Assembly: GCA_964577555.1 (NCBI GenBank)
Contig: CAZNZM010000005.1
Span: 47,693 to 70,084 of the forward strand
Direction of reading: 5' to 3'
DNA: 22,392 bases
From: an uncultured archaeon
GTDB lineage: Archaea; Iainarchaeota; Iainarchaeia; Iainarchaeales; Iainarchaeaceae
The notes below the pieces were generated by a model. The model did no database searches. It had not been told where the DNA came from and saw nothing but the letters and a program-made list of their open reading frames with translations. Made by a program: the position numbers and the translations under genes. Positions within the stretch are counted from its first letter, which is position 1, and every line of letters starts with the position of its first letter. This document shows, piece after piece, positions 9,101-17,164 of the stretch.

Positions 9101-12100
9101 TGAAAGCTCTTCAAGCGATGAATCTCTTGAATTCACTACCCCCAACCATGTTTCGTATGATGCTGTTTTTGTCAGTCCTTCATCTTTTGGAAGGAAGTTC
9201 ATGACGTTTTGAACTTTTGGCAGGCATTGTTCGGTTGTTTGTCTTGAATTATTTCCTTCTTCGTTTTGGCTGTCAACTATAATATTCATTAGTTCCGGCA
9301 GAATCCTGCTGCCTTGCACTGCAACCGCTCCGTCAATGGTAATTGTGTATCTACCGCATCCCCTGAAAGAGCCGTTCATCCATACTTGCCTGCTATAACC
9401 GCCTATGTATGGACCTATTTCTTTTCCTTCAAACGGCTTTGCCAAAAAATTCCTTGCAGAGCCTTTTCTTGTTTCAAGCGCCTTGGACAGCATTGCAGGA
9501 GTCATGTTGTCATGGCTCATATATACAGTGAATTGTTCGGTTTTGACCCCCAAACCTGAAAATTTGCAGTATCCTCCTGCTAACTCAATTTGTGCGCAAT
9601 TGGTTTTGCTTATTTCAGCGCTTTTGGTGTTGATTTGTTTTTCCGCATCCATTATTTTTTGTTCTATTCTGTCTGCAATATATTCTGCAAGTTGCTTTGC
9701 ATCACAATAAGCTGTGTCACATTGAGGGTTATTTCCTGTTGCAATTATTGGAAATCTCACCGGCTTTTTTTCTTTTGAATTTTCACTTTCGCAGACATTT
9801 ATTTCCTGTATCTCTGTTGCCGCTTCGCCTTTTTTTGCAATGTTTCCAAGTTTTATGTCAACTATTACTGGTGTTGATTGCATTGGCGAACCACTTCTTG
9901 GCAGGAATCCCAAAAAGTAGATTGGTTGCGGGCTTCCGTCAAACGGGCTTTTTCTGTCCAATTGCAAATTGACTTGAACTTCTGTTCCAGGCGGAATTAT
10001 TATGCTTGCAGGAGCCATGTAAAGATAATTATTTCCTATAAGCGGTTTGGTTATGTCTATAACCGAAACTTCTTCGGCACAAGTGTTTTTGAGTGTTATC
10101 GGTTTCATTAGTGTTCCGCTGTCATATTTTGCGCTGAAGAACGCCACGTTTCCTGGCACTGCTATTAAGCATTGGTCTGCGGAAACGTGCGCTGTGACGA
10201 TTACCGGGCCAAAGTTGAATGTTTGTCCGTCAATCACTCCTGTAATGTCAATTTCTTTTTGTTCCACAAGAGTTGTTTTTTCATTTCTTAGTACTTGGGC
10301 AACCAAAAGTTTTGGAGGCTCTATAACATCTCCTTTTCTCAGGAATTGTATTGTGTATGGAGGCAATATGCTTAAATTGACGTTTCCTCTGCTTGAAGTA
10401 CTTGAAACCCTGAAATCTATATTTTCAATGTCTGCTTCGCCAACGTTTCTTACAAAGAGAGGCACTTGTGCCGAGTACCTTCCTTGTTGGTCTGGTCCAA
10501 GGAAAAGTTCTATGTTTCTTGTAACCATTAATGCAAATCTTGGATTCCATATATAGACTTCTACTGGAATTGATTTTTCAAATCCTTCTGTTTTGTATAT
10601 TATGTCAAAACTGAATTTTTCTTTGCCGGCATAGTTTCTAATAATTTTGTTTGTGGCACTTACTATTACTTCATCGTTGTCCGTTCTTCTGCCTTTCGTG
10701 TCTGTGAGTTGGGGCGACAATCTTATTTCCTCGGATTCTATTGTTATGCCTTCGGCTCTTTTTCCTTCACTTATTATTTCAGGTTTTAGTTGTAGTTCTA
10801 TTTGGCAGTTTGGTTTGTTTGCGAGCTTTGCAGTAAAAGAATCTCTTGTGCTTGTGGTAAAATTGTTGTATTTATAGTAGCTTGCCGCAATATTCGGGTT
10901 GTAGGTGTTAGGCGAATAAGCGTTTTCAACGTTTGAAGCCGTTGCTCCAGAGGAATAAATTTGGTTGTAATAAGGCCTGTCTTCCATTCCAGAAGCAAGA
11001 TATATGACAATTTTTTGCTTGCTGAATTCAACGCAGTCTTGTGGTATTTTAGGATTGTAATCAATTATTATTTTTGTTTTTGCATTCACAACGTGCCCGC
11101 TTTCCATTGTGCCTCTGGCAATTATGATTGCTTCAGCATGTGCTGTTTCTTTTTCGCCTGTGTATTCAGCTTCAAAAACGGTTTTTTGGCTTGAATTTTT
11201 TCCTATTCCAGAAATTTGCATTGGTTTTATTGCAAAGCCGTTAGGCATTGTTCCAATCGGTTTTATTTCAAATGTTATGTTTTTTATTTCTTGTCTTGAC
11301 TTGTTTGTCAGTTCGGCTTGTGCATCTCCTGTTTGTTTGCCTTTTTGTATTTGCAAATATATTTCTGGTTGGGTAAATTCCAGGATTCCTTGTTTGCTTA
11401 TTTCTATTGTTCCATCCATTGTTTTGAAGCCATCTGCTGAAATAGAATACTTTATTACTCCGTTTTCAAAAGAGTTTTTTACCCAGTATCTTCCGTTCAA
11501 TCCTGAATTTGTTGAACCGTTTCCAACAAGTGTTAAAATGGGGCTTCCGTTAGGATTTGAAAGGATTATTCTGGCATTTTCAACTGGTTGTTGTGCATCA
11601 TCTTCCAACAATATAAAAAAGTCTTCTCCAAAAACAACATTTTCCGGATTTGTGCGAATCACTATTGGTTTTTCCTTGAAAATATCAAAATAGAATTGTT
11701 CATTTATTGTTTCTTCTCCGGAAACAAGTTGCAATGAAATATAAGAACTTCCAACTTCAATGGCTTTGAAATAAATTTTCACTTTGATTTGTTCGTCAGG
11801 GGAAACAGGCACGTTTTCAACTTGTATTGAAGTATCATTCAAATTCAAATTTGGAAATTCGCCTTCCTCGTTTATGCCAAATCCTTGGAAAAAAATCTTT
11901 GGTTTTTGCTTTGGGGTTGAAGCCTTTAAAGTGACATTGGTTCTTTTCTCTGGCGAAAGAGTTACTTCAAGGGCGTAAAGACCTTCCAAAGTGCCTTTGA
12001 AAACATCTGTTTTGAATTCGGAACCGTCTGAGCGTATGAATTTGTAAGATGCGCAAAACTGGTTTTTGCATTTTGCGTTAATTTCAAGTATTTTGATTTT

Positions 12101-14437
12101 TGATTTTGTTGTTGCCGCATATAATGATGTTTTTGATTGCGAGTATGCATCCAAACCCAATTCTTCGTCTGCCGGGTTTCTATAAATTTTTCCGCCTATT
12201 TCGCTCCAAGCCCTATAACTTATTGTTGTTTCTTTTGAATCCCCAGTTTCTTTTGCTTTTACCCTTATTTTTATTATTTTTTCTCCACCGCTTTGGAAAT
12301 AGAGTTCTATCCATTTGTTGTAAGTATTTTCACTGCCAGAATTTTCAAAATCAAGCGCTTCAAATCCAGGGGCCGGCTTTGGCGAGTAACTCCTGCCATA
12401 ATATGAACTTGCGCCGTTTGCGGAAAAACCAATTATTCCAACGTCTTCCGAATCAACAAAATTAACTGCATCATCACCAATCCTTGCATGAAAGCCGTTT
12501 TTGTTTTTTCCTTCCGGAAACACAACCCTGAATTTTAGAAAGTAATCCATTCCTTTGGAAATTCCTGCAGCTTGAACCCCGTCAATAGTATACACTCCTA
12601 AATATTCAATATTTGGTGTTGTTCCAAGGCTTTTTGAACCACCTTTTTTGACATCCACTTTGTCCACGCCTTGAACAAAGACTTCTTCATCAATAACTTC
12701 TCCATTGTCGTTTGTGTACGTGACTGAAAGGTATTTAGCTCCTTTAGGATTAACAACTATGCCTCCTTCTTCGTACTTGTTTTCGTATAATACGTCTTTT
12801 CCCGAGGCAATTGTTATTATGCCGCCCTTGACTTCTTCTCCTTTAGAATCAAGCACCCTTACAGTGACTTGTGAAAAAGGTTCTTTCATTTGTATTAATG
12901 CCTCGTTTTTGAATGTTTCAAGAATCCTTGTTTTTGCTTCCCCCACAAGCTTGTCTTTTGATGCTTTGACAACAACATTCGCATTCAAAGGTGCAAGCAA
13001 CTCAAATTTTCCAGTAATATCGGTTTTTTGCGGAGGAACGCCCATTGGTACAAGATTGCTGTTTGCATCTTCCACAAAGAATTTCAATGAAACCCCTGCA
13101 AGAGGCTTGGATTTTTCATCAGTGGTAAAAACAACAAGCGAACCTGAATTGGATGCAGTGCTTCTTTCCAATACAAGGCTTTCCCTGTTTTTTTCTTTTG
13201 GGCTTCCTATTTTTTTGATTGCAGGCATGAATCTGTCCTGCCATGTTGAAACATAATAATCACTTGCAGGATCAAGATTGTCAAAAACCACTTCGCCTGC
13301 AAGATTTGTATTTCCCTGCTTCAAAATTTCCCCATTCTTGTTTGAAAGCATTACTTGCATTTGCGGCAATGGCCTGCCAGCAGGATCAAGGACAACAACA
13401 GTAATCGAATTCGCTCCTTTGCGCAGATAAACTTCTTTTATCAATTCTTCAGACCTTAAAGTCTCATTTTCACCTGCAGTGCTTGAATCATAGCTTATGT
13501 AATTTTCTTTTTCAACTACTGCTCTTAAAGAAACGCCTTTTTGTATTTTTTCCACAAATTCGTTTTCGTTACTTGAAAGTTTTTTTTCGGTAAGCAATTC
13601 GTTTGTTTTTGAATCAAAAACCCTGACAGTAAACCCTGAAATCCTTTCCCCACTTTCCTTGTCAAAAACCCTTACAATAAAATTTGTTTTGCCAGTTACA
13701 GCGCTTGCTTTTGGAGCAAGTTCAAATTGTGCTTCGCTTTCCGAAACAAATTTCGTTGAAGCGTTTTTTTGTTCATAATTTGGATGAGTTATTGTTATGC
13801 TTGTGTCTTTTCCTTCAACAACCTGTGGGCAAACATAAAATCCGTTACTTTCATAAATACATTCTTCGCTGGCTTTGTCAGAGAATTTTGCAACAACAAC
13901 TGCATTTTCTACCGGATCGCCTGTTTCCGAATCAATCAATTTTATTTTGCCTTCAATCCTGTTAATTTTTCTTGCAAGTAAAATTGAAAAATTATCATTG
14001 CTTCTTTTCAAATAAAGAGTCCCGTTAAAATTTTCATATCCGTTTTTAGACGCGGAAACCCTTAATGTTGCACCTAAAGTACGAGGAATTGTAATTATAG
14101 AACCGTCGTTTGCCAAATCGGAGCCAACATTTATTTTTTCCCCTGTCTTGTCGTCAATAAAAGAAACCGAAACCGATTTTAATGGCGAACCAGCATCATC
14201 CATGATTGAAAGTTGGACGCTTGTACCCTGTCCTTGAAGGAAAAAAAAACCATAACCGAACAACGCCAAGACAAGCAAAAAAACTACAAAAACAGGAAAT
14301 GCGGGAATCCCCCTGTCCTCAACCAAATCTATTAACGAATAAACAGGAATTCCTTTGTCTGAAAGAAAATCCATGAATGAATAAAATTTGTCTTCAACAC
14401 CGGTGTAAAATTCACTTATTGATTCCCCAAAACCCAT
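6116..14437 (-). CDS. Giant modular surface-anchored protein: N-terminal TM, repeated CarboxypepD_reg/Ig-like domains, long non-repetitive C-terminal region
   Basis: The ORF track gives 2779 aa from a TTG at 14455. The first ATG is residue 7 (14437), giving 2773 aa. TM segment AFPVFVVFLLVLALFGYGFFFL near the N terminus, then repeated modules such as VQLSIMDDAGSPLKSVSVSFIDDKTGE, GKIKLIDSETGDPVENAVVVAKF, NFIVRVFDKESGERISGFTVRVFD, ITVVVLDPAGRPLPQMQVMLSNKNGE, LVVFTTDEKSKPLAGVSLKFF and VTVRVLDSKGEEVKGGIITIA. Confidence 0.85.
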   Translation of the reverse strand: MGFGESISEFYTGVEDKFYSFMDFLSDKGIPVYSLIDLVEDRGIPAFPVFVVFLLVLALFGYGFFFLQGQGTSVQLSIMDDAGSPLKSVSVSFIDDKTGEKINVGSDLANDGSIITIPRTLGATLRVSASKNGYENFNGTLYLKRSNDNFSILLARKINRIEGKIKLIDSETGDPVENAVVVAKFSDKASEECIYESNGFYVCPQVVEGKDTSITITHPNYEQKNASTKFVSESEAQFELAPKASAVTGKTNFIVRVFDKESGERISGFTVRVFDSKTNELLTEKKLSSNENEFVEKIQKGVSLRAVVEKENYISYDSSTAGENETLRSEELIKEVYLRKGANSITVVVLDPAGRPLPQMQVMLSNKNGEILKQGNTNLAGEVVFDNLDPASDYYVSTWQDRFMPAIKKIGSPKEKNRESLVLERSTASNSGSLVVFTTDEKSKPLAGVSLKFFVEDANSNLVPMGVPPQKTDITGKFELLAPLNANVVVKASKDKLVGEAKTRILETFKNEALIQMKEPFSQVTVRVLDSKGEEVKGGIITIASGKDVLYENKYEEGGIVVNPKGAKYLSVTYTNDNGEVIDEEVFVQGVDKVDVKKGGSKSLGTTPNIEYLGVYTIDGVQAAGISKGMDYFLKFRVVFPEGKNKNGFHARIGDDAVNFVDSEDVGIIGFSANGASSYYGRSYSPKPAPGFEALDFENSGSENTYNKWIELYFQSGGEKIIKIRVKAKETGDSKETTISYRAWSEIGGKIYRNPADEELGLDAYSQSKTSLYAATTKSKIKILEINAKCKNQFCASYKFIRSDGSEFKTDVFKGTLEGLYALEVTLSPEKRTNVTLKASTPKQKPKIFFQGFGINEEGEFPNLNLNDTSIQVENVPVSPDEQIKVKIYFKAIEVGSSYISLQLVSGEETINEQFYFDIFKEKPIVIRTNPENVVFGEDFFILLEDDAQQPVENARIILSNPNGSPILTLVGNGSTNSGLNGRYWVKNSFENGVIKYSISADGFKTMDGTIEISKQGILEFTQPEIYLQIQKGKQTGDAQAELTNKSRQEIKNITFEIKPIGTMPNGFAIKPMQISGIGKNSSQKTVFEAEYTGEKETAHAEAIIIARGTMESGHVVNAKTKIIIDYNPKIPQDCVEFSKQKIVIYLASGMEDRPYYNQIYSSGATASNVENAYSPNTYNPNIAASYYKYNNFTTSTRDSFTAKLANKPNCQIELQLKPEIISEGKRAEGITIESEEIRLSPQLTDTKGRRTDNDEVIVSATNKIIRNYAGKEKFSFDIIYKTEGFEKSIPVEVYIWNPRFALMVTRNIELFLGPDQQGRYSAQVPLFVRNVGEADIENIDFRVSSTSSRGNVNLSILPPYTIQFLRKGDVIEPPKLLVAQVLRNEKTTLVEQKEIDITGVIDGQTFNFGPVIVTAHVSADQCLIAVPGNVAFFSAKYDSGTLMKPITLKNTCAEEVSVIDITKPLIGNNYLYMAPASIIIPPGTEVQVNLQLDRKSPFDGSPQPIYFLGFLPRSGSPMQSTPVIVDIKLGNIAKKGEAATEIQEINVCESENSKEKKPVRFPIIATGNNPQCDTAYCDAKQLAEYIADRIEQKIMDAEKQINTKSAEISKTNCAQIELAGGYCKFSGLGVKTEQFTVYMSHDNMTPAMLSKALETRKGSARNFLAKPFEGKEIGPYIGGYSRQVWMNGSFRGCGRYTITIDGAVAVQGSRILPELMNIIVDSQNEEGNNSRQTTEQCLPKVQNVMNFLPKDEGLTKTASYETWLGVVNSRDSSLEELSKEIAKSLFGSDQRATQSEASTNNLKLDLSNESDYIVKIRMPPASPNNPVTVEAFIKESIGGDEKLQKEIVKEAAQAIKNLRENVINGCIGVDESYLKIKATKDIGLIEVKAGKEIKVQYGTPSCTDFNVLSDIKENAILTAKKATQFDGVDEPFFIQANSSNETITQLKIDKLDQKTNKFIGEAKICVKGNSQIHQAQGKAILGSAKRIENEAKNPKWEQINLQICGIHPLDFMEKIREKQPSKTPYYATFIWKGKDNDKILISDIAKLNKIESNLKTANQIEKNEIKILNDDPPEVKAAKTKANLVYLGICSITSAITSFLRPTIGRIGALFNIVFDCGIPYAYNQWGDKDIFKDFTGFVEKITKPIVDALKLVYNGASKLLNLLFGAIGVGETTNPNQQLQQIQKAEEQATSNIIEAFVPAQTLKSIIQSSSKINTRAGIVDRTVLAKSIAEEISREVAKNTFDKGIGNRQILIAFEKSLQKDIEIELLGEFDEIARENARIDASTFGRHVEIPEEEKIKAVQNVIRKVGSDKKVLGFYYENRKYFSYEFLEGENDEEALERKFFEEALEESKLMEKIKLNTDEFPELAGFEQKNTSQKNEILNKLIDRIEAKLKRELKIQKLPKELEELLKNELQNIPNDKIVVYDIKNKFTIINNQIERYVLYNPEILKDTVGVSAKEKYEKWIKEQYTKTLNAEKIVKKAKPGWKAFFTGARTLLKEGAFGALANFVGMKFYELSLEESLKNTPLSRGEELNRSGIDVSLLTIEGEDMGTQEIINYRTYKIIITQTPEEKKIIISGPAIIPEGTSIEQVLNECNNQNINNEIATVLPGLLPDAHNPPSIMIRKGIEIKHASMVLNYLKKQESGERIGVIISEAVKDEKTNFKSNTDLDLEAMVVSLGVVKSGLGIDKSNKYMFGCNLKKQNKEEENIYNNAICAKKKLISYMNECNKDPGCYLDKYNQDNDNQTSNYITINNNEEFNDIYKKWASYAWN

Positions 14438-14469
14438 TGGCACACCATTTCCCAAAACGACTTATCACT

Positions 14470-14504
14470 TTATTTATATAAAAGGTTAAAACCGCTTTTA
14501 TATG
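14470..14504 (-). promoter_or_regulatory. Two candidate TATA boxes upstream of the giant gene
   Basis: The minus strand contains CATATAAAAG (about 14495-14504) and CTTTTATATAAATAAAG (about 14470-14486) in the 100-nt gap between the archaeosortase-like and giant genes. Confidence 0.45.
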
Positions 14505-14555
14505 TTGTTGTAAAGCAATATAATTAATTTTCGGGTGCCATTTCTGTTAATGCTT

Positions 14556-15119
14556 TTATTCAGAATTTTTTACCCAAAAATAATAAAAACCGGCAATTGT
14601 GACGAACAAAAAAACCTTAAACAGCAAATCGTGGGAAAAATTTCCAACATCAAGCCCCAAATATATTATTATTATTATACTAAAAACTATTCTTCCAAAG
14701 TTGAAAACCACAAGGGTAAAAGCCGCTGCAACCAAACCGAACAACCTTTTTTTCAAACCAACCTCTGTTGTTGAAAGCACTGCAGACCAAATCAAGGCAA
14801 GTTCAAGCAGGCCAGTGCAAAGGTATCCAAAAGTAAAAGGATAATTAAAATCATTCAAAATAAGCAATGTTGTCCCAGCTTCAACTACTTTTCCTGAAAA
14901 ACCCAATAATGAAAGAATCGCCAAAGCGCCATTTGCATAAAAAAACTCGAATTTTTGCACGCCAATAAGCTCAAACAAGAAATTGAACACTATAAAAAAA
15001 ATTGTTATTGAAAAAACAAATTTTCCGGCTTTTTCCAAACCAGCCTTTGAATCAAAACCAAATTTTTTGGCAATGCTTTGCCTTATCCTTTCTTCAACTC
15101 GGTTTTTTCTTTTCTGCAT
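14556..15119 (-). CDS. Exosortase/archaeosortase-family membrane protein (putative)
   Basis: The ORF track starts at a TTG (15164); the first ATG is at 15119 (187 aa). Multi-TM protein with signature order FGYLCTGLLELALIW (Cys), LVVFNFGRIVFSI (Asn-x-x-Arg-Ile) and VGNFSHDLLFKV (His), matching the Cys/Arg/His arrangement of exosortases and archaeosortases. Confidence 0.72.
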   Translation of the reverse strand: MQKRKNRVEERIRQSIAKKFGFDSKAGLEKAGKFVFSITIFFIVFNFLFELIGVQKFEFFYANGALAILSLLGFSGKVVEAGTTLLILNDFNYPFTFGYLCTGLLELALIWSAVLSTTEVGLKKRLFGLVAAAFTLVVFNFGRIVFSIIIIIYLGLDVGNFSHDLLFKVFLFVTIAGFYYFWVKNSE

Positions 15120-15250
15120 TTCTAAAACATGCTCTTTGCATGTTATAATTTTTATTATTTCCAAAAATTTTTGTTTTTTTCCAAAATTTTTTTAATTTAA
15201 AATTCAAATTTATTTTTTTTGTCTTGGCGTTTTTTGAATAATGTTTTTTT

Positions 15251-15560
15251 TGCGAGCCGTTTTTTTTGGCATTTTTTTTGTTAGACATTTTTTTTTGATA
15301 TTTTGTTTTTTTTTGGCGAGCCGAGTTTTTTTTTGTTTTGTGTTTTTTTGATTAGTCGGGTTTCTTTTTTTTTGTTTTTTTTTGGCGAGCTATTTTTTTT
15401 GTGTTTTTTTTTGCGGGGCGATTTTTTTTGTCATTTTTCTTTTTTTTTGGCATTTTTTTTTGTCAAAGTTGTTTTTTTTTTGCGAGCCGTTTTTTTGTTT
15501 TGGTTTTGTGAGCCTTTTTTTGGCAAATTTTTATTTTTTTTAAGTTGTTTTTTTTGGCGA
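15251..15560. repeat. T-rich low-complexity intergenic tract with clustered GCGAGCC motifs
   Basis: Long + strand T runs interrupted by tgcgagccg (15251, 15481), ggcgagccg (15315), ggcgagc (15384), gtgagcc (15508) and ggcga (15556). Confidence 0.7.
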
Positions 15561-15563
15561 TTT

Positions 15564-16820
15564 TTATTTTTCGTTTTTTATGAATTCTGTTATGCCTTTC
15601 AAGTCTTTAATTTCAAATTCTTTTTCAATATTGTCTTTCAGCCCTTTTATTTTGATTTTTCCGGATTTGGTTTCGTTTTCTCCTATAACTACAAAGAATC
15701 TCAATCCTTTTTTTTCAGCATATTCAATATTTTTTCTTATGCTTCTGCCCATTAAATCAATTTCAACACCAACCCCTGTTTTTCTTAGTGAAGAGGAAAA
15801 AGACAATAGTGCATTTTCGTCTTTTTCAGAAAGAGCGGCAACAAAAACATCGGCTTCCGGTTCTACCGCAAGCGTGCTTGCAAGTGCATCATATAATCTG
15901 TCAACTCCAAAGCTTATGCCGACAGCCGGAGTTGGAAGTCCGCCATAAACTTCTATGAGTTTGTCATACCTTCCTCCTCCGCCTACGCTTGGACCATCAC
16001 TTATTGATATTTCAAAAACGTTGCCAGTATAATATTCCAATCCTCTTGCAAGGCTTATGTCAAAAACCACTTCTTTGTAATTGTTTTCTCTGCATAGCTC
16101 CATGATTCTTTCAAGACTTTTTATTCCTTCGGTTTCGCCTAAAATGTCTTTTGTTCTTTCAAAAGAATTGGTTTCTATTTCATGCATTATTTTTTCAGGA
16201 ATGCCTTTTGATTTTAATTCTTTTATCACTTCGTTTTTTCCTATTTTATCCAACTTGTCGATTGCCCTGAAACAATCCCGTATTTTGTCGTTCGGAACTT
16301 CGCATTTTTTTGCAAGTTCTTCTAAGACTTGGCGATTGTTGATTTTTATTGTAAAGTCTAAACCCAATCCGCGCATTACGTCTATTGCTATTTGGATTGA
16401 TTCAAAATCAGCTAAAACGCTTTTTGCTCCAACTATGTCAACATCTGCTTGAGTGAATTCCCTGTATCTTCTTGCTTGTGGCTTGTCATACCTGTAAACT
16501 TGCCCAATGCAATACCTTTTAAAAGGCTTTAGCATTGCAGGGTTTGATGCAACTATTCTTGCAAGGGGAACCGTCAAGTCATACCTTAACCCTAATTCCC
16601 TGTCGCTCTTGTCCTTGAAATAATAAATTTCCTCCTTTATTGCTTCTCCTCCCGAGCCTTTTGCGGAAAGCAATTCAAATTCTTCAACAATAGGCGTTTG
16701 TATTGGTTCATAACCATAGCGTTCAAAAGTCCTGCGCAAAAAATCTTCAATAAATTGTTTTTTCTTTGCCTGTTCAGGCAAAAAATCCCTCATACCCCTG
16801 ACCGTTTGAAAACCAATCAT
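15564..16820 (-). CDS. hisS: Histidyl-tRNA synthetase
   Basis: Class II aaRS motifs VRGMRDFLPEQ, ELRYDLTVPLARIVA, YRYDKPQARRYREFTQADVDIVG, LARGLEYYTGNVFEI and SVGGGGRYDKLIEVYGG. The track's 16874 start overlaps the tRNA. ATG at 16820 (MIGFQTVRG...) has a GGAGG Shine-Dalgarno at 16830-16834. Confidence 0.96.
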   Translation of the reverse strand: MIGFQTVRGMRDFLPEQAKKKQFIEDFLRRTFERYGYEPIQTPIVEEFELLSAKGSGGEAIKEEIYYFKDKSDRELGLRYDLTVPLARIVASNPAMLKPFKRYCIGQVYRYDKPQARRYREFTQADVDIVGAKSVLADFESIQIAIDVMRGLGLDFTIKINNRQVLEELAKKCEVPNDKIRDCFRAIDKLDKIGKNEVIKELKSKGIPEKIMHEIETNSFERTKDILGETEGIKSLERIMELCRENNYKEVVFDISLARGLEYYTGNVFEISISDGPSVGGGGRYDKLIEVYGGLPTPAVGISFGVDRLYDALASTLAVEPEADVFVAALSEKDENALLSFSSSLRKTGVGVEIDLMGRSIRKNIEYAEKKGLRFFVVIGENETKSGKIKIKGLKDNIEKEFEIKDLKGITEFIKNEK

Positions 16821-16843
16821 TAATTTTCGCCTCCGCAAAGAAA

Positions 16844-16917
16844 GGCGACCACTGGGATTCGAACCCAGCCCCAAAGCTCCACAGGCTTCGATGCGAAACC
16901 ACTACACCATGGTCGCC
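16844..16917 (-). tRNA. tRNA-His (GUG)
   Basis: Minus strand: GGCGACCATGGTGTAGTGGTTTCGCATCGAAGCCTGTGGAGCTTTGGGGCTGGGTTCGAATCCCAGTGGTCGCC. The acceptor stem pairs only in the -1/73 register (G-1:C73). Anticodon stem GAAGC/GCTTT with loop CTGTGGA (GTG), and T arm CTGGG-TTCGAAT-CCCAG. No intron and no encoded CCA. Confidence 0.95.
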
Positions 16918-16976
16918 ATGAAATTAAGTTTGTTTGTTTCAATAGCAAAACAAAATAACCAAAATTAGAATTGCAA

Positions 16977-16987
16977 TTTTTATATGT
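16977..16987 (-). promoter_or_regulatory. Putative TATA box for the tRNA-His/hisS unit
   Basis: Minus strand CACATATAAAA about 60-70 nt upstream of the tRNA 5' end. Confidence 0.4.
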
Positions 16988-17100
16988 GAAGACACTCACT
17001 ATCCATGACAAAATATTTCAGCGTTTTGTTTAAAAATCAATCTGGAATTGTTGCCGTGTCATGCCTTGTTTTGTTCGCTTTTGAAAAAACCCCCTTTGCT

Positions 17101-17117
17101 AAAATATAATAATATCA
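17101..17117 (+). promoter_or_regulatory. Putative TATA box of the pilus-like operon
   Basis: aaaatataataatatca about 50-60 nt upstream of ATG 17165. Confidence 0.45.
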
Positions 17118-17164
17118 TTTATCTAATTATTCTCGCAGTAACCAGGTTTTTGAGTTGTTATTTT

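Noticed and set aside
10798-11064. 88-aa minus ORF in an alternative frame of the giant gene
   Set aside because: Same-strand out-of-frame ORF inside a long intact reading frame, with no sign of independent expression.
15170-15563. CRISPR-like array in the repeated GCGAGCC region
   Set aside because: The repeated units are only 7-9 nt, irregularly spaced, with homopolymer T runs instead of unique spacers, and no cas genes are nearby.
15303-15755. 150-aa + strand ORF rich in Phe/Leu
   Set aside because: It comes from translated T-rich intergenic repeats plus antisense hisS. Poly-Phe composition and no credible start context.
16821-16874. N-terminal extension MGLGSNPSGRLSLRRRKL of hisS in the ORF track
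   Set aside because: It overlaps the tRNA-His gene. The ATG at 16820 has a proper SD and gives the expected HisRS N terminus.
16820-17011. 63-aa minus ORF spanning the tRNA-His
   Set aside because: It is entirely explained by the tRNA gene and its promoter region.
17004-17063. CATGACA...TGTCATG 7-bp inverted repeat between the divergent tRNA-His and ATPase promoters
   Set aside because: Arms are short and 46 nt apart. A chance match in a region this size cannot be excluded without comparative data.
17048-17164. N-terminal extension MLPCHALFCSLLKK... of the ATPase and apparent signal-like hydrophobic stretch
   Set aside because: It begins at TTG and covers the putative TATA box. First ATG at 17165 is the more plausible start for a cytoplasmic ATPase.
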